In this document: positions 37,541 through 46,563 of the stretch, piece by piece | Layout: the number at the start of each line of letters is the position of its first letter | Numbering within the stretch: the first letter of the stretch is position 1 | From: Chlamydiales bacterium | GTDB lineage: Bacteria > Chlamydiota > Chlamydiia > Chlamydiales > JBDQID01 | Direction: 5' to 3' | Assembly (NCBI GenBank): GCA_047611865.1 | Contig: JBLFWS010000005.1 | Coordinates: forward strand, 1 to 46,563 | Length of the DNA stretch: 46,563 bases | Position numbers and translations under genes: made by a program | The notes under the pieces: generated by a model | Told to the model about the DNA's origin: nothing | What the model saw: only the letters and a program-made list of their open reading frames with translations | Database searches by the model: none

Positions 37541-37954
37541 TTACTCGCCCTCTCCTTCAAACCAGGTGTCATTATGTTTTATGTAGTCTTTAAATTTTGT
37601 TGAACTAATGACGACATCAATTTTATTTCTATCAGTCTCATTGTATTTTACTGCTACTCTAAATGCATCTCCCCATCCATCTGTGTGGAGAGCATTTTCT
37701 TTACTACTCATAAGAGATCGATTTACAATGACTTTCCACTCTCGCTGAGCATAGGCGGGAGTTTTTTGAATGGCTGCCAATTCAAGGATCTGTTTCATTT
37801 GCACAATTTTCTGATGTGTCTGGAAGGCTTTTCCGTAATCGATACTACCTTTAACCTTGTAGGTGACCATGCCGGCGATGATGGAGATGAGGAACATCAC
37901 GATCATGATCTCGATTAAGGTCATAAAACGACGTCTTTTTTTTGGCTTATTCAT
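37541..37954 (-). CDS. Major pseudopilin, GspG-like
   Basis: KKRRRF-MTLIEIMIVMFLI and DGWG (DPWG-like) motif; directly after gspF. Confidence 0.8.
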   Translation of the reverse strand: MNKPKKRRRFMTLIEIMIVMFLISIIAGMVTYKVKGSIDYGKAFQTHQKIVQMKQILELAAIQKTPAYAQREWKVIVNRSLMSSKENALHTDGWGDAFRVAVKYNETDRNKIDVVISSTKFKDYIKHNDTWFEGEGE

Positions 37955-37983
37955 GAGTATTGCTCCAATCTATTTTAATTATA

Positions 37984-39177
37984 TTAATGGATGCTCATAG
38001 ACATTGTACTGATGTCTGTGAGGGGAAGGAGAACGGCTAGCATGATGAGTCCAACGATAAAGCCCATGACCACGAGGATAACGGGTTGTACCAATGTGGT
38101 AAGACGTTCGAGTGTTTTCTCTACTTCTGATTCGTACATGTCTGCGATACTGTTGAGCATTGCTGGCATATTTCCGCTGCTTTCTCCGGTAGCGATCATT
38201 CTTGCAATAAGGTTCGGAAAATGTTTGGATTTTTTTAATTCTGAACTTAGTGAGCTACCTTCTATGATTTTCTTTTCTGCATCGATGAGGACTTCTTCGA
38301 GAATGATATTGGTGATCACCTGTCGAGATATTTTCATTGATTCGATTAGGGGAACACCACCTTTTAGCAAGGAACCCAGGGTGCGGGAAAAGCGGGCGAT
38401 GGAATTCTTTTTTGTGAGGGCGCTGATAAGGGGTAGTTTTAGCATGGTTTTATCTCGCCATCTTTTTCCTGAACTTGAACGAAGTTTCCAGTAGGAGGCA
38501 GAAATGATGGCGATAATAGTGGGGATATAAAGAAGCCAGTAGTCTGTCAGAAAGTGACTGATTGAAAGAACTGCTGATGTCAGGCCATTTGGAGGGGTTT
38601 CGGTAAAAATGCTTTCGATAGAAGGAACGACGAAGGTAATTAGTGTAATGATGACACATAGCGAAAAGGAGGCGAGGACACAAGGGTAAATCATTGCTGT
38701 GGCGATTTGCTTTTTTAGTTTGAGACGACGGGTGAGCAAGGAGGCTAGTTTTTCGAGGGTGTCGTCTAATGATCCAGAGGATTCCCCAGCAGCTACAAGA
38801 GCACAGTAAAGTTTATCAAAGCTGTCAGGATGCATAGACATAGCTTCAGAGAGGGAGGAGCCTGTCTTAATCGCATCGCAAAGGTGTAGCAATACGGGAT
38901 GCACTTTTTCAGAACGATATTGTTCTTCCAGGGCAGTAAGGCTTTCGTAGAGAGGGACACCGGCCTTAATCATTTGAGCCAATTGAGTGGTGAAGCTGAT
39001 CAGGTCGTCGTTTTGCAGTGGATATTTAGAGCTTCCTTTTGGGGAAGATTCGATTTTTGTGATCATAATGCCTTGTGTGCGCAAGTGCTCTCTTGCCTCG
39101 CGTTCGTTATTGGCATGGATCACACCTTTTTTACTGCGACCATTTTCATTTAGGGCTTCATAAGAGAAGAGAGTCAT
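37984..39177 (-). CDS. gspF: T2SS inner-membrane platform protein
   Basis: FTTQLAQMIKAGVPL, AGESSG twice, AMIYP and three TM segments. Confidence 0.95.
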   Translation of the reverse strand: MTLFSYEALNENGRSKKGVIHANNEREAREHLRTQGIMITKIESSPKGSSKYPLQNDDLISFTTQLAQMIKAGVPLYESLTALEEQYRSEKVHPVLLHLCDAIKTGSSLSEAMSMHPDSFDKLYCALVAAGESSGSLDDTLEKLASLLTRRLKLKKQIATAMIYPCVLASFSLCVIITLITFVVPSIESIFTETPPNGLTSAVLSISHFLTDYWLLYIPTIIAIISASYWKLRSSSGKRWRDKTMLKLPLISALTKKNSIARFSRTLGSLLKGGVPLIESMKISRQVITNIILEEVLIDAEKKIIEGSSLSSELKKSKHFPNLIARMIATGESSGNMPAMLNSIADMYESEVEKTLERLTTLVQPVILVVMGFIVGLIMLAVLLPLTDISTMSMSIH

Positions 39178-39181
39178 AATT

Positions 39182-40903
39182 TTATCCCTCTATCTCAGTA
39201 TTACGGGTAACGCGAAGAACTTCCCCAACGGTGGTGATACCCTCTTGAACCAAAAGAGCACCTTGAAATCGTAAACTTATCATGCCTTCTTGTATTGCGA
39301 TTTCTCTAAGATTCGTAGCATCGGAATCTTTGGTGACCTGTCTTTTCATTTTGTCACTCATTATCATGAGCTCGTAAATGCCATGACGACCTTTATATCC
39401 GGAGTTAAAGCATTGATTACAGCCTTTGCCTTTGTAGAGAACTTCATTGTCGAGGTCTTTTCGTTGCAATCCTAACTTTTGGAGTTCTTCATTACTTGGC
39501 TTGTAAGATTCACGACAATGGGGGCAAATTTTTCTGAGAAGTCTTTGGGCGAGAACTCCTATAAGAGAGGAGGTTAGAAGGTAGGGTTCTATACCCATGT
39601 CTACAAGGCGAGTGATTGCTGAAGGGGCGTCGTTAGTGTGTAGGGTGCTGAGAACGAGATGTCCAGTAAGGGAAGCTTGTGTAGCGACTTCGGCGGTTTC
39701 TCCATCGCGAATCTCCCCAACCATAATGACGTCAGGGTCTTGGCGGAGGATGTGTCGGAGTCCTTTGGCAAAGTCGAGGTCAATTTTGGGATGAATCCCA
39801 ATTTGTGCAATGTTTGGGAGCTTATATTCGACAGGATCTTCGATGGTCATAATGTTGATTTCATCAGTGGAAATTTCTTGAATCGCACTGTAGAGAGTTG
39901 TTGTTTTACCACTTCCTGTTGGCCCTGTTACAAGGACGATTCCTTCGGGGAGCTTGATTAGGTCTCGGAATTTGCGTAAAGTATTTTCATCCATGCCTAG
40001 ATGTTCAAGCCCTAAAGAGATGTTTCCTTTATCGAGAATCCTTAGAACGATGCGCTCTCCGTTGATAACGGGGGCTGTGCTGACGCGGAAATCGATTTCT
40101 CTGCCGCCCATGTTGAGTTTAATCCTCCCATCTTGTGGAAGACGTCTTTCGGCTATATCGAGTTTTGCCATTACTTTAATTCGTGTAATGAGTTGTGCCT
40201 GATATTCTTTAGGAGGACTGTGCCGGTTGTGAAGAGCACCGTCTATCCGATATCGAACTCTTAGGTCTTTTTCAAAGGGTTCAAAGTGAATATCCGAGGC
40301 TCCCTGTTGAATGGCTTCTGAAATAATGGCGTTGAGGAGTTTGATGACGGGAGCATTATCGCCTTCTTCAAGAAGGTCATAAGAGTCAGACTTATCCTCG
40401 TGGGAGTTTTTTCCAACAGAGGGATCCATGTTGGCCAAGAGGCCTGAGGCGATACCTTCTTCAAGATCGTACCGTCTGTTGATAGCCTCCATTATCGTTT
40501 GGCTAGGGGAGTAAACAGCATGGACATCAAGGCCTAGTTGATAGCGGATTTCTTCAAGAGCGTTTAGATTTAGGGGATCAGAGACTGCTACCAGGACCTG
40601 TTCATTCTCAAGTTTTATTGGGAGAATCACATGATTTTTCGCAAATGTATAGGGGACTTTTTTGGCAATATCTTCCGGAATATACAATGTGGAAAGATCT
40701 TCATAGACCTCCATATTAAATTGTAGTGCTCTAGCGTGATGAATGTCATCAATTGTGACCCAAGCTCTACGAATGAGTTCATCTTCGAGGTTGAGAGGGT
40801 TGTCTTTACAGGACTCCTGAGCCTCGAAGACTTGAGAACTTGTGAGTTTGTTTAGGTCTTTGAGGATATGGATGACTTCCTTGTCTTCCTTACCTACCAT
40901 CAT
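39182..40903 (-). CDS. gspE: T2SS ATPase
   Basis: ASDIHFEP, GPTGSGKTT, LRQDPD..GEIRD, TLHTN and CxxC..CxxC; real start probably at 40903 or 40900. Confidence 0.96.
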   Translation of the reverse strand: MMVGKEDKEVIHILKDLNKLTSSQVFEAQESCKDNPLNLEDELIRRAWVTIDDIHHARALQFNMEVYEDLSTLYIPEDIAKKVPYTFAKNHVILPIKLENEQVLVAVSDPLNLNALEEIRYQLGLDVHAVYSPSQTIMEAINRRYDLEEGIASGLLANMDPSVGKNSHEDKSDSYDLLEEGDNAPVIKLLNAIISEAIQQGASDIHFEPFEKDLRVRYRIDGALHNRHSPPKEYQAQLITRIKVMAKLDIAERRLPQDGRIKLNMGGREIDFRVSTAPVINGERIVLRILDKGNISLGLEHLGMDENTLRKFRDLIKLPEGIVLVTGPTGSGKTTTLYSAIQEISTDEINIMTIEDPVEYKLPNIAQIGIHPKIDLDFAKGLRHILRQDPDVIMVGEIRDGETAEVATQASLTGHLVLSTLHTNDAPSAITRLVDMGIEPYLLTSSLIGVLAQRLLRKICPHCRESYKPSNEELQKLGLQRKDLDNEVLYKGKGCNQCFNSGYKGRHGIYELMIMSDKMKRQVTKDSDATNLREIAIQEGMISLRFQGALLVQEGITTVGEVLRVTRNTEIEG

Positions 40904-43220
40904 ACTCTCCCTGTACCGTAGGTTTATTCTCTGGACGGCCGAAAAGCAGGGTAAAGGTTTTTTCCATGAGGCGCTCTCGTTCAAACTTTCTTGATTCTTC
41001 TAGAGCATTCATGAATGCCGGGACATCACCAGGACGCTTCTTTAGTTCTTCTTGTTTGATTCGTTCAAAATCTTTATTAGGATCAGTAATAATTTTGGGA
41101 GTGATAAAAACAAACATTTCTGTTTTATCATCACTCATATCGGTTGTACCAAAAAGTTTGCCTATGCCAGGGAGTTCTCCCAGGAATGGGATTCGTTCCT
41201 TGCTGTCGCTAATATTTTTTCTTCGTAAGCCACCGATGATTACGGTTTGTCCGTCAGCAATACGAACTTCATTTTTGATGTGGCGTTTTGTGACATCGGG
41301 AAGGCGATTTACATCGGCGCTAACCGTATCGAAGAGAATGTCGGAAGTAAGAGTGACAAAATCTGTTTCTTCTTCGCCAGCGTCTTCCTTTTTCAAATGG
41401 ATGTTAGGCGTGACTTCGATGACAATACCGTATCTAGCGCGGTCGAAGGAGTCTTTGAGAACGCTGTTGTTATTATTGTCAGTCTGTTGGGCGATACCTG
41501 TATTAATAGAAATTTCTTCTAATATCTCGATCTTTGCGGGTGTTTGGTTGACAGTTACAACAGAGGGACTGGCGTTGATTTGGATATCATCACTGTGCAG
41601 CAGATAGCGATAGGCAAGGTCGAAGGAGGGGATGCCAGAGCTTCTCTTGCGATTCAATAAAAATGTGAGGATACCTGCGGAGCCATCCGTTGCAGAATCA
41701 TTCCAACGTACGCCGCCGGAATCACCGCTTGTTGCCTGGTTTCCTAATTTTAGAAGATTTAGGCCAAAGTGATTAGAGTTCTTGATCTTTTTTTCTACGA
41801 GAAGGATTTCTATACGCACCATTTTTTTAGGGACATCAAGCTTGGCAAGAAGACTATTGAGGTGGGTGACGGCTTCTTTTTCGATAACCATAAGTATAGA
41901 TCCTGTTTTTGGATCTACGATGAAATTGCCTTCATTTTCGGAAGAGGGCTTTTCATCATCATTGCTAGAGGAGTAGTTGGCTGTAGCGGTGGCAAGGATT
42001 TGCTCTTCCAGAGTCCCTGACTGCGAGGACAGACCACCACTGGCCATTAAGGGATAGACTTTCCTTAGAACAGCGGCAATTTCTTCTGCGGCAGAATATT
42101 TGCAGGTGTACCAGAATACGGTTTTATCTCGAGCGCTGACCATCTGCTCTTCGAGATCACGAATGATATTTTCTGCCTCTTGGACTTCATCCTTTGTTCC
42201 CATTAGGAAAAGAGACTTACTATGACTTTTTAAAGCCATGGTTTTGAGAGAGGTTAAGCTGCCGTAGGGAGAGGTTTCTGTAGATGTTCCTCCATGGAAG
42301 ATAGAGGAAAGAACTTTTTCAACTTCTTCAGCATTCATTTTTTTTAAGCTGATCACCTTGTATTCTTTCTCGTTGAGGTTGGATTCCATGAAATCGTATA
42401 TTTTCAGAATTTCCTGAAGAGCGGAGGGGTTCGAGAAAATAAGGATCTGTCGCCCAATGGTATAAAAGGAGGTGTTTTCGTTATTGGAAAAGCGTTCCAT
42501 CAATTGGAGGGATTCTTTGGGGTCCATTGTTTTACTACTTAAGACGTAGCAGATGCGGACGTTTGCTGAATAAAAAGGCAAGTCTTCCCGCTTGCTGGTA
42601 ATGTATTGTATGTCAGTAAGTCGCTCTTTCATCATGAACAGCTCACGAAGGAAGGGATTGAGGGTTTTTACTCCTACTCCGTTTGAATTGAGAATTAATT
42701 GGAGCATCTCTTCCCAGGATTCCCTAGGTATAGGGAGATATGAGTTGATACTGATTTTCATATCAGAGATTTCAGGGGGAATCAGGTAGACATGACTTGT
42801 GGAACCGTAATCAATGACAAGTTGTCCTAGATTTGTTTCGGGCTGATGCCAGAGGGCGTAGGATTCATCCTTGCCTTTTTCAGACATGGCGAGCTGCCAT
42901 TCTTGCTGAATATCCTGTATAGATTTTTTTACGCGTTGGATTTTTGTCAGAAGGTCTTGAAAGAGGGCGTCGTTTGCGCCATATTCATATAGTTCATCAG
43001 CTTGCTTATAAAGTTCTCGTAGTAGGGCCTTATTTTCATCAATTTCTTGATTGACTTCTTGAAGGAGTCCGGAGGTACTGGAGTCAAAGTCACTGCCGCT
43101 CTGGTTCACCATAGCCTTTTTGTCGGCCACAGTTTGTGCTTCCAGAAGATTAGCAGAGATGAAAAAGAAGAAAATTAGTGTTAGTTGTCTCATTATTAAG
43201 CCCTTATTTCGATTCCCCAT
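40890..43220 (-). CDS. gspD: T2SS secretin
   Basis: LDVPKKMVRIE, GQTVIIGGL, IPFLGELPGIGKLF and FVFITPKI motifs. Confidence 0.93.
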   Translation of the reverse strand: MGNRNKGLIMRQLTLIFFFFISANLLEAQTVADKKAMVNQSGSDFDSSTSGLLQEVNQEIDENKALLRELYKQADELYEYGANDALFQDLLTKIQRVKKSIQDIQQEWQLAMSEKGKDESYALWHQPETNLGQLVIDYGSTSHVYLIPPEISDMKISINSYLPIPRESWEEMLQLILNSNGVGVKTLNPFLRELFMMKERLTDIQYITSKREDLPFYSANVRICYVLSSKTMDPKESLQLMERFSNNENTSFYTIGRQILIFSNPSALQEILKIYDFMESNLNEKEYKVISLKKMNAEEVEKVLSSIFHGGTSTETSPYGSLTSLKTMALKSHSKSLFLMGTKDEVQEAENIIRDLEEQMVSARDKTVFWYTCKYSAAEEIAAVLRKVYPLMASGGLSSQSGTLEEQILATATANYSSSNDDEKPSSENEGNFIVDPKTGSILMVIEKEAVTHLNSLLAKLDVPKKMVRIEILLVEKKIKNSNHFGLNLLKLGNQATSGDSGGVRWNDSATDGSAGILTFLLNRKRSSGIPSFDLAYRYLLHSDDIQINASPSVVTVNQTPAKIEILEEISINTGIAQQTDNNNNSVLKDSFDRARYGIVIEVTPNIHLKKEDAGEEETDFVTLTSDILFDTVSADVNRLPDVTKRHIKNEVRIADGQTVIIGGLRRKNISDSKERIPFLGELPGIGKLFGTTDMSDDKTEMFVFITPKIITDPNKDFERIKQEELKKRPGDVPAFMNALEESRKFERERLMEKTFTLLFGRPENKPTVQGEYDGR

Positions 43221-44703
43221 GAGGGTTACCCCTGATCACTTTGGGTAACCGCATCAATGTTTTTTTTTCGCTAGTAATTTCTTTTGATGCTTCGCTAAGT
43301 TGTAAGCTGTATTCTTCGTTTTCTGTGTTTTTAGACTTTTGGTCGGAGTTATGAGTCTCACTGGTGTTCCATTCTTTATTCCGTCTACTACTACTTGTGA
43401 ATTCAGAACTTTCTCTTTGGTTAAGAGGAAACTCAACGGGTTGGACTTCTGTTCTCATGCTGTTGTAAAGAGATCCTGTCATGAGAAGCTGGCCACTTAT
43501 TTTTGAAACACCATTAAAAATAAAAAGTTCTCCTGTCAACTGTCCATCTACATAGGCATCAATGTCCTTTTCAGAGGAAAGTTTTTTCCACTCGTCGTTG
43601 ATGCGTAAAATCCAGTCCTGTGGACTTAAAGTTATACGCTTTTGCTTGATTTCGACGATAGACTGATTACGGGTCCGGGAGCCCACGAATTTAAATTCCT
43701 GTTGTATCCTATGAGGCACCCATATTTCCATAGATTTTGCCAGGTGTAAGGACATTTTATTGAGACCGCCTTTGTCCCAGAGATCACAGCTCATCATTCT
43801 GTCGTCAATTTTTGTGATATGGAGAAGGGGAAATTCTTTAGTATCCATGCCTGGCTTGACTTCGTTCCATTTTGATTGAAACCATACTAAGTAATCGTTT
43901 GCGCCAACATAGCAAGAGTAGCCCTCGTCGTCAGAGCCAAAGTTAAGGCGTTCTTTTCCTATAACTTTAAGAAACTCCTCACCGCCGTGTTTTTCGATAA
44001 AGAGGTCTTTACCAAACCAGCGAGTTTTCTGCCTTGCAAGAAATCCACCATCTACACGTAGGCTGTCTATCTCCCAGTGTGTATTACTAGAGTTGAGAAA
44101 ATTACTTCTTATTGGGGTAAAGAGGGTGGAGTCGCTAGGGTCATCTAGGATTTGTCCGTCTAGACCCTTCATTTTTACCTGAATAGCGGAGCTTTCTCCA
44201 TTGGTGCTGGTTTCGAGCCAAAGGGAAGATACTTGATTATTGGGAGTAAAGATATATGTACCTTCATCATTTTGAATTTCGTACTGTAGGTAGATCTTTT
44301 GGCTAGAGTTTATGCTTCGGTAATCTAAAGAGCCCTTTAATCCAATGTGGAGTTCATTAAACTCGGGATCTTTATCTGGTCTTGCGTTGTATCCGTAGAG
44401 TAACAAACTGTCACGAAGGTCTGGGGTCTCTAGAGACGATCCTGTTTGCTTTAGGGTGAGGACATGAGTAGCAAGAGAATCATAAGTTTTTGACAAAGGT
44501 TTTTCGTTGGCGTGAGAGGTAGTGTTTTCACCTTTGTCATCGAGATTTGTTTGGAAATCGGTAGATGGTGAAAGGTAAACGATACCTATAGCCATGATTG
44601 TCAGGGCAATGAGGCACTTTAAACTTTTATTTATTAATTGCATCCACTTCATAGTTGTTATAATTCTTATTTTATTAATTAACCAAAGTTTAAGTTTTGT
44701 CAA
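43204..44703 (-). CDS. Chlamydial conserved membrane-anchored protein upstream of gspD (CT573-like position)
   Basis: N-terminal TM; NARPD and WFGKDLFIEKHGGEEF segments; synteny. Start may be near 44652. Confidence 0.7.
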   Translation of the reverse strand: MTKLKLWLINKIRIITTMKWMQLINKSLKCLIALTIMAIGIVYLSPSTDFQTNLDDKGENTTSHANEKPLSKTYDSLATHVLTLKQTGSSLETPDLRDSLLLYGYNARPDKDPEFNELHIGLKGSLDYRSINSSQKIYLQYEIQNDEGTYIFTPNNQVSSLWLETSTNGESSAIQVKMKGLDGQILDDPSDSTLFTPIRSNFLNSSNTHWEIDSLRVDGGFLARQKTRWFGKDLFIEKHGGEEFLKVIGKERLNFGSDDEGYSCYVGANDYLVWFQSKWNEVKPGMDTKEFPLLHITKIDDRMMSCDLWDKGGLNKMSLHLAKSMEIWVPHRIQQEFKFVGSRTRNQSIVEIKQKRITLSPQDWILRINDEWKKLSSEKDIDAYVDGQLTGELFIFNGVSKISGQLLMTGSLYNSMRTEVQPVEFPLNQRESSEFTSSSRRNKEWNTSETHNSDQKSKNTENEEYSLQLSEASKEITSEKKTLMRLPKVIRGNPHGESK

Positions 44704-44808
44704 TATTAAAGAATAAAATATAACATAGTAGCGTATATAATCACAATACTTTTTTATACTATCTTAATAATGTGTTTTTTAATCTAGGCAAGTGTCACCA
44801 GTAGCCAG

Positions 44809-44829
44809 GGAGGCTTAAGCCTCCTTTTT
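44809..44829 (+). terminator. Intrinsic-terminator-like hairpin
   Basis: GGAGGC-TTAA-GCCTCC followed by TTTTT. Confidence 0.55.
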
Positions 44830-44898
44830 CGCAAAAGTAGCAAAAAAAACTTTAAAAAGGGGCTTTTTTACGTAAATTAACCATGTATTTGCTGATTT

Positions 44899-46506
44899 TT
44901 AGGCTTTTGAAGACAGTTTTTCTTTGACTATGGACATCATTTTTTTGAGTCTGATTTCGTATGTGTGCTCATTTTTAACTTTTTCGTAGCCATTTTGAGC
45001 TATTTCAAGCCTCTTTTCTTCATGATGAAGAAAATAATCGATGAGTTCAGAGAGGTCTTTTAAGTCTCTGTATACAACCAGGTCTTTGCCAATAGAAAAC
45101 AGATTTTCGAGGTCCTTTTTGTGGTTACTGATGAGAAACCCCTGGCTTCCCAGGACGTCAAAAACTCTTTGAGGAAGTCCGGATTCGACAAAGATTCGAG
45201 TCATATTGATATTTATTTTTGAGAGCCGGAATACTTTGGACATCTCGACATGGTGTTCTGCAAAGCCCATGAATTGGAGGTGTTTACCCTTGAGATTTCC
45301 CCAGGCGTTATCGCCGTAGATTTTTGTCTTATATTTGTCGGAGAGATGTTGAACGAGTTTAATTCTTTCGATTTCGTTGTATTTTCTTCCCAGTAGGAAA
45401 AATAATTTCCTTCGTTTGTCTAGTAATTCTTCTTCCCGAAGAGGGCCGAGTTGCTTTTCCAATTCGAGGACAAGTTCTGTATCTACAAGTTTTTGAATAA
45501 TTTGTTCATTTCCAGATTTTCTTTGCTCATCAAAAATTTCTTCAATTCGTTGAAGTAAAAAAGTATTTAGATGACGCTCAAATTGGAAAAGGTTGAATTC
45601 ATTATCACTCCCTGTTGTTCCCACAAAGCTTACTTGTGTCTGGTATCTATTTATGTCAGAGGGCAAAATTTCAATTTGATCGAAACGACGTGAGTTGACA
45701 GCCACGGGCATGTGAAAAATATTTTTGTAGCCCTTGGAGATTAGTTCGTTTTTAATGTCGTTATCATAAACAAATGCGAAGACATTATCATCGATCATTT
45801 CTTTTAAATAGAGTTGGTAATGGGGGGTGTCGACAGTCCAGAAAATGTATGGGATACCTAGGGTTTTACACGCTGATAGAACGGTGCTATCAGGATTAAT
45901 ACTAAACACAAAATCGGGATTTTCCTGCGCTATAGAAAGAGTCAGATTTTCTTTCCTTGTGATTTCAAGAGTTGTGACAGAGTAGTTTAGTTCCTTAAGA
46001 GCATCGATACAATCATGGGCAATAGTTTGATGCTCAAGGAAAACGATTTTTTCTTTCTTCCGTTTTTGTTGCTTGTTTTTGTGAAATTTGATGACGAGAG
46101 AGTAGTACGCGAGATCGAATTTAGTAATGTTCGTTTGAATGAAGTGGGTATTTTGATTTTTAAGAATTTTTCCTTTGTATTTGTCACCAATGAGAAATTC
46201 AATGAGAGGGTCATTTAGAAAGACTTGGAATGATTTCCATTTACTTAGGTGATTGAGGAAAAAAGGAGTTTTGTCAATGACTGTGATTTTTCCCGAGGTG
46301 ATTTTTCGTATTTCACTCAGTTCATGCCCAAGGCCGAGGCCGAGGAGAACGCAATCTTCATTTGGGGAAATTTGAGGTATTTGTAGGGATTCATTGGGAT
46401 GGTATTTTGAGTAGACATATCTCCACTTGCCCTCGACAAGGATTTTACAAGTGGATTGTCCATTTTTGGCTTCCTCTACTACAATATATTCTGATTCATC
46501 CAGCAT
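44899..46506 (-). CDS. CgeB/DUF3880-type glycosyltransferase with a Maf-like N-terminal domain
   Basis: YSKYHP..LLGLGLGHE at the N-terminus; WTVDTP, VSFVGT, SKININ and RVFDVLGSQGFLIS. ATG at 46506 has a GGAGGAG RBS. Confidence 0.8.
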   Translation of the reverse strand: MLDESEYIVVEEAKNGQSTCKILVEGKWRYVYSKYHPNESLQIPQISPNEDCVLLGLGLGHELSEIRKITSGKITVIDKTPFFLNHLSKWKSFQVFLNDPLIEFLIGDKYKGKILKNQNTHFIQTNITKFDLAYYSLVIKFHKNKQQKRKKEKIVFLEHQTIAHDCIDALKELNYSVTTLEITRKENLTLSIAQENPDFVFSINPDSTVLSACKTLGIPYIFWTVDTPHYQLYLKEMIDDNVFAFVYDNDIKNELISKGYKNIFHMPVAVNSRRFDQIEILPSDINRYQTQVSFVGTTGSDNEFNLFQFERHLNTFLLQRIEEIFDEQRKSGNEQIIQKLVDTELVLELEKQLGPLREEELLDKRRKLFFLLGRKYNEIERIKLVQHLSDKYKTKIYGDNAWGNLKGKHLQFMGFAEHHVEMSKVFRLSKININMTRIFVESGLPQRVFDVLGSQGFLISNHKKDLENLFSIGKDLVVYRDLKDLSELIDYFLHHEEKRLEIAQNGYEKVKNEHTYEIRLKKMMSIVKEKLSSKA

Positions 46507-46529
46507 TGTTCTCCTCCATATGGGACTAT

Positions 46530-46563
46530 GCGTTGTTGCATAAATAACCACTGAACCACTGAG
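46530..46563. mobile_element. End of another IS903-type MITE relative, cut by the window edge
   Basis: GCGTTGTTGCATAA followed by ATAACCACTGAACCACTGAG. Confidence 0.7.

Noticed and set aside
40966..41607. 213-aa ORF and other antisense or nested ORFs in the track
   Set aside because: These are shadow frames opposite well-supported genes such as gspD, gspF, moxR and fliI.
46507..46551. N-terminal extension MVIYATTHSPIWRRT of the last ORF
   Set aside because: It reads through the MITE end; the ATG at 46506 has a strong RBS.

Overview
This is a chromosomal segment from an environmental Chlamydiota bacterium. The assignment is inferred from chlamydial gene order (nth-mnmE-psd-TPR-secA, ruvC-ruvA, a gspD-E-F plus pseudopilin cluster, and a eukaryote-type UDP-GlcNAc pyrophosphorylase beside fliI/fliH/fliF). 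Where pathogenic Chlamydia keeps only flagellar remnants, this genome has an intact fliF-fliG-fliH-fliI-fliJ-(MotE/FlbB-like) operon, and FliG retains its torque residues. Nonulosonate-type glycosylation genes (SpsF/PseF-like, WbqC, PseG-like) adjoin the operon, and a Maf-N/CgeB-like glycosyltransferase lies at the far end. Non-coding highlights: a 210-bp MITE family with IS903-type ends and 9-bp target duplications (2 full and 2 partial copies, one nested in a second tiny element), an IS481-like end, REP-like hairpins, and a ~160-nt rod-shaped 6S-like RNA candidate upstream of secA. Also present are a pseudokinase, a 1346-aa coiled-coil protein beside a cNMP-binding protein, and a MoxR-DUF58 cluster lacking batA/batB. 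All calls come from reading motifs by eye; no searches were run.
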